NCBI GenBank assembly: GCA_034722055.1
Contig: JAYENL010000069.1
Span: forward strand, 1 to 45,318
Direction of reading: 5' to 3'
From: Armatimonadota bacterium
Lineage (GTDB): Bacteria; Armatimonadota; Zipacnadia; Zipacnadales; UBA5352
Length of the DNA: 45,318 bases
In this document: positions 35,468 to 44,400 of the stretch, in pieces
Layout: each line of letters opens with the position of its first letter
How positions within the stretch are numbered: the stretch's first letter is position 1
Notes under the pieces: model-generated
Told to the model about the DNA's origin: nothing
What the model saw: the letters and a program-made list of their open reading frames with translations, nothing else
The model's database searches: none
Made by a program: the position numbers and the translations under genes

Positions 35468-36397
35468 CTGAACCGCGCAGCTCTGTGCAGAAGGCGCCTC
35501 GGGCGCACTGACCTCCGCGTCAGCACCATCGGCCTGGGCGGAGCGCATCTGGGGCGCACCGAGGACGGCTTCGATGAGCGGCAGGCTGTGGCGACCGTGC
35601 ACCGGGCGCTTCAGCTCGGCGTCAACCTCATCGACACCTCCCCCATGTACGGCCCAAGCGAGCGGTTCATCGGCGCGGCCCTTGACGAGTGGTTCGCCGC
35701 AGGCCGGAGTCGCCAGGACCTCGTCATCTCCACCAAGACCGGCTTCGTCGAGCCGGGGGCGATGGACTACTCCGGCGAGTGGACGCAGCGCAGCGTCGAG
35801 AGGAGCCTGCAGCGGCTGGGCATCGACCATCTGGACATCGCGCTGGTGCACGATCCGGTCGATCTGGCGCCGGTCTTCGCCCCCGGGGGCGCGGTGGAGG
35901 CGCTGGAGGAGCTGAAGGAGCGCGGCATGATCCGCGCCATCGGACTGGGGGTGCAGAATCAGGCCTTCCACCGTCGCTGCATCCAGAGCGAGCGCTTTGA
36001 CGTCTCGCTGACCGCCTGCGACTACAACCTCCTCGACTGGAGCGCCGCCGAAGGCCTCCTGCCCGCGGCGGTCGAGCACGACGTTGGCGTCCTCAACGGC
36101 GCGGCGATCATGCTGGGGCTCCTGTCGGGAGAGGACCCGCGACGCCTCGACCTGGGGGGCTTCGCAACGCCGCAGCGACTGGCGCGGGCCGGCACCCTCT
36201 GGGAGTGGGCCCGGTCTCGCGGGGTGAGCCTCCTGGCGGTGAACCTGCAGTTCTGCCTTCGGGAGCAGCGCATCGCCTCCACGCTGGTGGGCGCACGAGA
36301 CCCGACGGAGATCGAGGCGGACGTGGCGGCCGCGACGGCGGAGCTTCCTGACGGAGTCTGGCGTCAGCTCGACGAGATCCTGGGCCGGGGCGCGTGA
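35468..36397 (+). CDS. Aldo/keto reductase, probable CTG start
   Basis: RRLGRT.L.VS.IGLG, IDTSPMYG, ISTK, SLQRLG.D..D...VH and STLVGA. GGGAGG lies 9 nt before CTG 35468. Confidence 0.87.
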   Translation: MNRAALCRRRLGRTDLRVSTIGLGGAHLGRTEDGFDERQAVATVHRALQLGVNLIDTSPMYGPSERFIGAALDEWFAAGRSRQDLVISTKTGFVEPGAMDYSGEWTQRSVERSLQRLGIDHLDIALVHDPVDLAPVFAPGGAVEALEELKERGMIRAIGLGVQNQAFHRRCIQSERFDVSLTACDYNLLDWSAAEGLLPAAVEHDVGVLNGAAIMLGLLSGEDPRRLDLGGFATPQRLARAGTLWEWARSRGVSLLAVNLQFCLREQRIASTLVGARDPTEIEADVAAATAELPDGVWRQLDEILGRGA

Positions 36398-36599
36398 GTA
36401 CGAGCGGGCCGACTTCGCGCGCCTCTTTGCGGCGCGCTCAGGCGGCCCCTCCTCTGCGTGCGCTCAATGTGGAGCGACCGGAACGACAAACGACCGGGCG
36501 CGAGCGGAGGCGCGCCCTTGCAAACGCACGACGAGCCACCGGGCGGCAACGTAGGCGCCCCCCGCTCGGCATTTCATCGCGCAGGCGTTTCTTGATCGC

Positions 36600-36840
36600 G
36601 TAGGTCGGTGTTCCACCCGACTGGCTTTCAGTTGAGTAGTGCAGGCGCCCCCGCCCGCACGCCGTTGCTGCGCCCTTCGTCCGCACAGGTCGGGCTTCCC
36701 CGCGCAGGTCGGGCTTCCAGCCCGACAAGACCCATGCGCCTTCGGCGCATCCCGGAGATGCGGAGCATCTCGCGGGGGCACCGGGGTTACAACTGCAACG
36801 ACTCACTGCACACGGCCGGCGGGTCTGAAGACGCCGCCGC
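36600..36840. repeat. Cluster of REP-like hairpins (copy C plus others) between convergent genes
   Basis: GTAGGTCGG-tgttccac-CCGAC (36600), GTAGTGCAGGCG-CCCC-CGCCCGCAC (36636), GTCGGGCT-TCC-AGCCCGAC (36708-36726), ATGCGCC-TTC-GGCGCAT, GAGATGC-GGA-GCATCTC and GGCGGGTCTGAAGACGCCGCC. Confidence 0.75.
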
Positions 36841-36886
36841 TCCGGACGACAACGCCCTACGTTCCGTGGCACGCCCAGTGCGCTCC

Positions 36887-39427
36887 TCACAGACGCGTAC
36901 AGCGCGAGAAGCCGTAGGGGTGCGGCGGCAGGAGCGGACCGTCGGCGGGCGGATCAGCCTGGGTGATCGTCTGCCGAGCCGGCGCCTCCCAGCCGGTGAT
37001 CCAGGCCTCGGCGCTCACCTGCCCGGCGCCATCGCCCACCAGGTCCAGGGTGATGGAGGAGTATCCCCCGTCCGGGATCGCGAAGGCATAGTCGTCACGG
37101 TCCCGGGGTCCGAGGGGCGGCATGACCGCGTTGGTGGTCCGGCCGCGCCGCTCGTTGCGGAAGATGCGCTGGGCGGGTATGGTGTGGCGAGCGTCCACGC
37201 CCCGATAGCGGCTGCTGCCGCAGCGAACCGTGAGCCCATCCAGGTCCTCCTGCCAGCCGCGCACGGTCACGCGAAGCTCCGCCTGCTCCAGGCGATGCGG
37301 GATGCCGCAGAACCACTGCCTGCGCCAGCCGCCCTCGATGGCCTCATTCGCGGTTCGCTCCGCCGTGATGGCTGGAATCTGCATGTCCGGGTGGACGGTC
37401 GGCCCGATCTCGTCGGTGAGCGGCGCGAAGCCGGGGAAGAGGTACTCGTATCCGCCCTCGACCGCGCGCACCATGAAGGGCGTACAGGGAACCGGCGACA
37501 CGTCCTCCTGCGGCTCGCGCATCAGCCGGATCAGGCGCACCTCGTGGCCCAGCATGAGGATGCCCGCGGTCAGCGGCAGGTCCTGCCAGTAGGGGTAGAC
37601 CTGGCGCCAGGTACGCGGGGCCCAGCCGAGCTCCAGGGCGATGCGCTGGGCGTCCCCATAGACCTGCGGCTGGGGCGACGGATTGCGCACCACCAGCCAG
37701 GCGCTGTCGTCCGAGGGGTGCAGATAGCCGTAGACCTCGCCCTCGGCGGGGCTGCCGCCGACCATGCGCGAGTCACGCGTTCCCAGCTCCCCGGCGTGGT
37801 GGTGCATCCAGTCCATGGCCTGCTGGAGCGTGCGCGCCTCCTCCTCCCGCAGGCTCTCGGGGCAGATGGGCATGTGCAGGTAGGTGGTGCCGCGCGTGAA
37901 CTGCAGCACGGCGTTGTCCAGCCACGTATGAGGGTGCTCCCGGAAGGGGTTGTCAAGCGCGTGCGCGAAGCCGTGGTTGTCGAAGGCGTCCAGCGGACAC
38001 GGCGTCTCAGCCGCTCTGAGGATCTGATGGTAGGCGGCGTCGCGGTGCGTGATCTCGCGGTCGCGCTGGGTGCGGGAGGGCAGGGCGGCGTACTCGCAGT
38101 CGCCGGAGGTGGCCAGCCATACATGGTCAGCCCACTGCAGCCACCAGGGACTCGGCCACCAGCCGTTGCGGGTGATCAGGTCCGGGTTGGCCTGGCGCAT
38201 GCGGGTGTCGATGCGGTTGAAGGCCCTGATCGACGCCTCGCGCACGTGGTCAGGGGTCGGATAGCGCTCGGCGAAGCGGCCGTTGGTGGCGCACTCATTG
38301 TCCCAGTCGATCTTCAGATGTCGGGCGCCGATCTCGCCCACGATCTCACAGAAGCGCTGCGCCAACGCCTCCTCGAAGTCCGGCTGCATCATGACCACGT
38401 ACTCCCCATGCGCGTAGGAGCCGGGGCCCTCGCCGGTCTCCCAGCCCTGCTGGCGGATCCACTCCATGTCGAATCCCGTGCGGCCGTTGTGGCTGACCCA
38501 GCAGGAGAGGTCGAGGCCGGCCTCCTGGACCCGGCGGGCGAACTCCTTGAAGAGCGTGTCATCCTCGTCGTCGCCCTTGTGTCGGAATATCGAGCGCCGC
38601 TCGAAGTACCCGGCATCGATGGCCATGCCGTCCGGCCGCAGCCCCAGAGCCAGCATGGCCTCGAGGAACGCCAGGTTGCCCTCATAGGAGGCGATGTACT
38701 CGCCGTGGCCGATGGCTCGCGTGGACCAGCCGCTGGTGAAGGTGAGGAAGGGCCGCTCCAGCTTCGGTCGCCGTATCCGCCAGACGTAGTCCATGAAGGC
38801 CTCTGGGACGCGGCCATGCGTGGCCGCGGGCCCGAAGACCGCTGTGAAGCTCTCGATGACGCCCTCCTCGTCCCACACCGGGTGGTGATACAGCTCCAGA
38901 CGCTCGCCGGGGACGGCGAAGGCCGAGGGGTGCTCCAGGCCCACGAACCAGTCGCCCGCCCATACCGGGTAGCCGCAGCCGGGCTGGTCCACGTAGGTGT
39001 CCAGGCCCTCCTGCTCCTCGGCGTCGGGGCCGCCGCGCAGGCCGTAGCTCACCCGCCGGACCGGCTGCGGGGGACCCGGCTGCACGTCAACCAGCAGGCG
39101 GTCGGGCGTCGGCAGGGCCTCGTGCGCCCGCAGGATCACCTGTTTGCGAAACCACGGCTCGTCCTCGGCAAGGGTATAGATGACCTCCGCCTCCAGGCCC
39201 GCGCCGTCGTTGCGGCCCGAAAGCGCGACGCGGTCGGGCCCGGCGTCGATCTCGTCGAAGGCGAACTGAGAGCCCGGCAGCTCCTCGCCCGCCGTCACGA
39301 TGGCGAAGCCGGGCAGCGCGAGCTCGGTGAGACTCCCCGAGAGGCGATTGCGGGCGCGCAGCACGCCCTCGTGGAATGCCAGCGATAGCGCGTCGTTCTC
39401 GAGCGTGGCACGGGCGGCTTCAGTCAT
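36887..39427 (-). CDS. Putative clan GH-D (GH36/GH27-like alpha-galactosidase fold) glycoside hydrolase, no signal peptide
   Basis: N-terminal 'LEN..L' beta-sandwich. AIDAGY and HLKIDWD correspond to the IDDGW and K.D motifs of clan D. ATG 39427 after GGGGAGG. Confidence 0.6.
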   Translation of the reverse strand: MTEAARATLENDALSLAFHEGVLRARNRLSGSLTELALPGFAIVTAGEELPGSQFAFDEIDAGPDRVALSGRNDGAGLEAEVIYTLAEDEPWFRKQVILRAHEALPTPDRLLVDVQPGPPQPVRRVSYGLRGGPDAEEQEGLDTYVDQPGCGYPVWAGDWFVGLEHPSAFAVPGERLELYHHPVWDEEGVIESFTAVFGPAATHGRVPEAFMDYVWRIRRPKLERPFLTFTSGWSTRAIGHGEYIASYEGNLAFLEAMLALGLRPDGMAIDAGYFERRSIFRHKGDDEDDTLFKEFARRVQEAGLDLSCWVSHNGRTGFDMEWIRQQGWETGEGPGSYAHGEYVVMMQPDFEEALAQRFCEIVGEIGARHLKIDWDNECATNGRFAERYPTPDHVREASIRAFNRIDTRMRQANPDLITRNGWWPSPWWLQWADHVWLATSGDCEYAALPSRTQRDREITHRDAAYHQILRAAETPCPLDAFDNHGFAHALDNPFREHPHTWLDNAVLQFTRGTTYLHMPICPESLREEEARTLQQAMDWMHHHAGELGTRDSRMVGGSPAEGEVYGYLHPSDDSAWLVVRNPSPQPQVYGDAQRIALELGWAPRTWRQVYPYWQDLPLTAGILMLGHEVRLIRLMREPQEDVSPVPCTPFMVRAVEGGYEYLFPGFAPLTDEIGPTVHPDMQIPAITAERTANEAIEGGWRRQWFCGIPHRLEQAELRVTVRGWQEDLDGLTVRCGSSRYRGVDARHTIPAQRIFRNERRGRTTNAVMPPLGPRDRDDYAFAIPDGGYSSITLDLVGDGAGQVSAEAWITGWEAPARQTITQADPPADGPLLPPHPYGFSRCTRL

Positions 39428-39689
39428 GGCAGCGCCCTCCCCGACAGAGGTGGCGGTCGCGCGGAGGTTCACTTCGCCACGGGCCCGCACCTTCGTGGCA
39501 CGGGAAACCGTCCGGGCATGTGCGACTGGGGGCGCCCCAAGTACGTATGAGGCGTGCATGGTGCGGCGGTTCCCATGTGCATCGCCCTCCGCGCAGGTGA
39601 AGTCGGTCATGACGCAGAACCGGACGACGGAAGCAGACTGCGGGAGCGTTCAGGCGCAGCCGCCGGTTCGCGCGCGGGATGAGTGTGCC

Positions 39690-40484
39690 ATGCTGATCGA
39701 TACCAACACCTGCTTCGGGACGACTCCCACGCGGCGCGTGCCGTACGCCGATGTAGTGGCGCGGGCGCGGACGTTCGACGAGCCCGGCCCGGCCGACCCC
39801 ACCGTCCAGGATGTGGACTGGTCGCTGGAGAACCTGATGCGCATTCTGGAGGGGCACCACGTGACGCAGGCCCTCACATACAGCCTTCGAGGCAAGCTCT
39901 GCGATGCCGCTGCGGGCAATGACGAGACCTGGCAGGCTGCCAGCCGGCACGGGCAGCTTGTCCCCGTGGCGACGCTGGACCCGAGACGCGACGTGGCGTG
40001 GCGGGAGGAGATCGACCGGTGCCTGGGCCGGGGCTTCCGTATCTTCCGCTTTTTCCCCGATGCGCAGGGCTGGAGCATCAGCGCCCTTCCGTTCGTCCGA
40101 ATCGCGGAGGCTCTGAGCGAACACGAGGTGACGGTCATGCTGCCGGCCGGCGGCTGGGGCCAGCAGACCGCGATGGCGCAGATGCTCTGCCCACTGGGGC
40201 TGAAAGTGGTGGCCATCGGCGCCTCGTTCGGCGTGGTGGCCGAGACCATCCAGGTGGCTGCAGAGTACGCCGGCTTCTTCTGTGAGACCAGCGCCATGTG
40301 CACGGCCGGGATGGTTGAGACAGTCGCGCACAGGGCTGGAGCGCACAAGCTGGTCTTCGGCTCCAACTCGCCGGAGTTCAGCTTCGAGGCGCCATACAAC
40401 CTCGTGGCGGCCGCCGACATCTCCCGGGCAGACCGCGACCGGATACTGGGCCTGAACGCGGCGGAGCGGCTGCTGGGCATGTAG
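39690..40484 (+). CDS. Amidohydrolase-fold protein lacking the HxH motif
   Basis: MLIDTNTCFG, GNDE, RFFP, ETS, GAHKLVFGSNSP and ILGLNA.RLL. Confidence 0.8.
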   Translation: MLIDTNTCFGTTPTRRVPYADVVARARTFDEPGPADPTVQDVDWSLENLMRILEGHHVTQALTYSLRGKLCDAAAGNDETWQAASRHGQLVPVATLDPRRDVAWREEIDRCLGRGFRIFRFFPDAQGWSISALPFVRIAEALSEHEVTVMLPAGGWGQQTAMAQMLCPLGLKVVAIGASFGVVAETIQVAAEYAGFFCETSAMCTAGMVETVAHRAGAHKLVFGSNSPEFSFEAPYNLVAAADISRADRDRILGLNAAERLLGM

Positions 40485-40545
40485 CATGGGCCCTGACGAG
40501 GGCAGTGCAAGCGCGCTACAGATGGCGTCCGTGGAGTGACGCAGC

Positions 40546-41286
40546 GTGAAGCGCATTGATGTCCACGCTCACATCGGCGTGTGGCCATTCCCGGGGCCGG
40601 CAGGCGACCCGGTCGAACGGCTGCTGCGGCTGTGTGACCGGGAGGATGTGGAGTATGCCGTCTGCTCCTCCGGCCTGGCGCTGTACTACGACATGGGAGA
40701 GGGCAACGCGGAGCTGGCGGCCGCCGCAGCCACGGACGACCGCCTGCTCGGCTACGTCTATGTGAATGCGAACTGGATCGAGCGCTCCGTGGCTGAGATG
40801 GAGCGGTACCTCGGGTCAGAGCAGTTCGTGGGGGTCAAGATCCATCCTCGCTTCAGCGCAGTGCCGGAGAACTCGCCGCGCATGGCCGACCTGATCGCCG
40901 CCGTCGCCGAATACTCACGCGTCCTGCTCATGCACACGGTTGACCGCAACTCCATCCGCCAGATGGGGCGCTATGCCCAGGAGCACCCTGAGCTGTCCAT
41001 CATCCTGGCGCACGCGGCGAACACGGACTCAGACGAGGCGGCGCGGGTGGCCCGCGAGCACCCGGGCGTGTACCTCGACTTCGCGAGCGAGTGGCCGGGC
41101 GCGGGCAGGATCGAGCGGGCGCTGGACATCTGCGGGCCGGAGCAGATCGTCTACGGGACCGACATGGACCTGCTGGACCCGGGCTACACCAGAGGCATGT
41201 TCGAGGCGGCGGCGCTGAGTGAGCGGCAGGCCAGGCTGGTCTACCATGAGAACGCCGCGCGAATCCTCGGCCTCGCCGAGGAGTAG
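40546..41286 (+). CDS. Amidohydrolase family protein
   Basis: IDVHAHIG, GVKIHP, LMHT, ILAH, YGTD and ENA.RILG. GTG start after GGAG. Confidence 0.88.
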   Translation: MKRIDVHAHIGVWPFPGPAGDPVERLLRLCDREDVEYAVCSSGLALYYDMGEGNAELAAAAATDDRLLGYVYVNANWIERSVAEMERYLGSEQFVGVKIHPRFSAVPENSPRMADLIAAVAEYSRVLLMHTVDRNSIRQMGRYAQEHPELSIILAHAANTDSDEAARVAREHPGVYLDFASEWPGAGRIERALDICGPEQIVYGTDMDLLDPGYTRGMFEAAALSERQARLVYHENAARILGLAEE

Positions 41287-41450
41287 CTGCCACGGTCGCA
41301 GCGCGCTCCCGCCTGATCCTTTGTGCCCCCCGCGTGACCTGCCTCCGCAAACGCGTCCCGCTATGACCCGGGAGCAGACGACCAGCGGCAGTGGCACGCC
41401 GCGGTCGCCCTGGCCAGCGGCGGCTTGAAGAGGGCTGCATCGGCCAGCCG

Positions 41451-44400
41451 TCAGGGGCCAGCGGCGCCCGAGATGGTGATGTTGATGTCGTCGTAGGCCG
41501 CCCCAGAGCCGACGAGCTGGCCGAAGCCGAAGGCACCCGGCGGCAGGGGCTGGGGATCCACCGCGCTCAGCACCTGCTGTGCCCCGACGGTCACCTGGAT
41601 TCGTCCGCCCGCCGCCTGTACGGTGATGGTGTGCCACTGCCCCTGCTGCCAGCTCACCTGCCCATCGCCAAGGTGCTGCTCCTGTCCGGCGGAGATGCGC
41701 TCCAGGGCCATGAGGCCCGGAACCATGACCAACTGGTAGCTCTGATCGTGTGGCGGCTCGCCAGAGGCACACAGGATGAGCCCGGCCTCACCCGAGCCGG
41801 GGCGGTAGCGGAACCGAAGGGTGAAATCGCGCGCCTGCGCGGCGACCCAGAAGGCATGCCCCGGCCCTGAGAATGTCAGGGCCCCGTTGGCGACCGCGGC
41901 GGTCGGTGGCAGCTCCCAGCCCGGCTGCGGCTGCCCGTCGAAGCTCTCCGTCAGCGTCCGGCCGCCGGTCTGGATCGGCGTGAGCACCGGCTGCCGGCCG
42001 GCCGGAGGATGCTGGTCGCCGCCTGCGGGGACTCCGGCCACCGGCTGGCCTCCTGTGCCGCCGCCGACCATGGCGGCCCCGCCCGACTGCAGGCGAATGT
42101 CGTCGTAAGCAGCTCCGCCGCCCTCATGTGCGCCGAACCGGATGATGCCCGGACCGAGCGGGTTGGGATCGCGCGCGGACAGCACCTGCTGGCCGCCGAT
42201 GGACACCTGGATACTTCCCTGCGCGATCTGTATCCCGACGTTGGTCCACGCGCCCGGCTGTAGCGACGCCTGCGCACCGCCCAGCTCCTGGGTCTGGCCT
42301 CGCTGGTGGCGGACGGCAACGACCTCTCCGGGGAAGAGCATGACCTCGTACTCCTGATTCTGCGGCGGCTCGCCTGACATGCACAGGCCGATCGTTCCCG
42401 GGCCCTGGCCCTGCTGATAGCGGAAGCTCAGCAAGGGCTGCGCCGTGGGCTCGATGAGCCAGATCGCCTGGCCGGGGGTGTTGAGGCTGAGAGCGCCGGC
42501 CTCAATGGTCGCTCCCTCGATGAGCTCCCACCCCTGCGGCTGCCCGTCGAAGGTCTCCGACCTCCCTGCACCGCTCGGCTGGACCGGCTGCTGCGGCTGG
42601 ATTGGCTGGCCCGGCTGCATTGGCTGAGTAGGCTGCAGCGGCTGAGTAGGCTGCAGCGGTACTTCCTGTATCGGCAGCGTGGGGGGCTGCGCGACGGCGC
42701 CTGCGCGGCCGGCGCCGAGCACAGCCGCCTGCTGCTGCGCGAGGGAGTAGAGGTGATTGGCATCGACCCGTACGCGCACCCGCTCCACGCCGCCGAGAGG
42801 CCGAGCGATCTGCAGGACCTGCGGCTGGCCGCCGATCACCTGCGCCACGCCGGCCATCATCTGGGGCACCATGAGGCTCGGTGGGCTGGGCGCTCCCTGA
42901 TCCCCGCCCTGCAGCGCGGGGTGGATGACGAACTCCGCGAAGGCCTCCGGCTGCAGGAAGGTCAGGTTGGGACAGTTGACGGTGAGCTTCAGGCGCAGCT
43001 TCCCGGGTCGGTTGCCGGCCAGGACGATGAACGAGGCCCTGCCGCTGGCGTCCGTCTGCAGCGACAGCGACGGGGTCGTGCAGCTCAGGTAGCCGTAGCC
43101 GCTCACCGGCGTCACGGTGATCTGGCAGCCCTGCAGCGAGGGCACCGGGACGATCCCGTTCTGCAGCAGCCTGTGGCCCGAGAAGTGGCTGGAGTCATCG
43201 CCGGGGATCACGAAGGCTTGGTGCTGTTGATTGTCCCCGCCCATGACCTGGCGCGTGGCCAGCCTGTTGCGGATCGTCTGCCAGGTCTGGAAGGTGGCCG
43301 GGTTCACAAGTGCCTGGCCCGCGCCCGCTTGCTGTGCCGCGGCGGGCTGTCGCGCTCCCTGCTGCGTTGCGGCCATTGCCACCTGCATGGTCTGCGCTCT
43401 GGCGCCATCGACGGTCTGCACGAGCTGGTTGCCGGACGAGATGACCTGGGCGTTGAGCAGCGACATCAGCTCGTAGACCTGAACCGTCACCTGCGCCGAT
43501 GCCGGCAGGCCGGTGCCGCTGTTGGTCACGCCCAGGACATGGCTGGAGCTGGTGACGTCGATGGCCGCCCGCCGGATCTCCTCCTCCAGGCCATCCTCCA
43601 CCACGGTGCCGGACTGGGTCAGATTCATTCCCGGCCGCAGGATGGTGGCCTGGGGCGGCCTCGCCGCGAGCTGGACCTGGCCCGTCTGCGCCATGGTCAT
43701 CTGCTCGGGCGGGACTCGCAGCAGGGAGGCGCCGGCCATCCCCGGCATGGTCAGGTTGGGCACCTGCATCTGCGGCCCGGGGAGCCTCTGCATCACGATG
43801 GCGCCCTGAGTCCCCGCCAGCACGCCGGCCCTCTGAGTGTACGGAATGGGGCACTGCCCCGCCAGAACGTCGTCCGTGGCAACCTGCGTGGAGCCGTGGA
43901 AGCTATAGCCGGGCATGGCCGGGCGAATCCAGAACTTCACGCCCGCCGGGCAACTGAGGCTGAAGCGCCCGTTGGCGTCGGAGCGAATCAGATTCCACTT
44001 CGTCTCACCGTCCCGGCGGTAGAAGATGTAGACTCCCGGCAGGGCATTGCCGCCGGGGGCATTCGACCACTTGGTCACGAACGTGGCCGGGGGAGTCTGC
44101 GCCGGGATCTGTAGCTCGTTCATGAACTTGGCGATGAGCCCGGCAGTATAGCGCTCGGCGGCGGGCAGACTCGGCTGCAGCACCGATGTCCACTGCGACC
44201 GGTTGCCGGCCTTGACTGTGGCGAACAGGTTCGGCTGATGGCCGATCTTCGCGCAGCCGGCCGCGTAGTCGTAGGCGCGCATCCCGAAGTTGTAGCCGCC
44301 GCTGGTGCCGTGCAGGCCCGGCTGGCCGCCCTTCCCGTCGGCGAAGTCCTCGTACTCTTGATGGTTGCTCAGATAGCTGTCCTGCGTGTGGTTGGGGACA

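Noticed and set aside
23326..36726. CRISPR interpretation of the repeats
   Set aside because: Copies are kilobases apart and diverged, with no regular repeat-spacer array and no cas genes.
36867..36882. Sigma-54-like TGGCAC-N5-GTGCG
   Set aside because: The -12 element is imperfect and it points antisense into the 3' end of a convergent gene.
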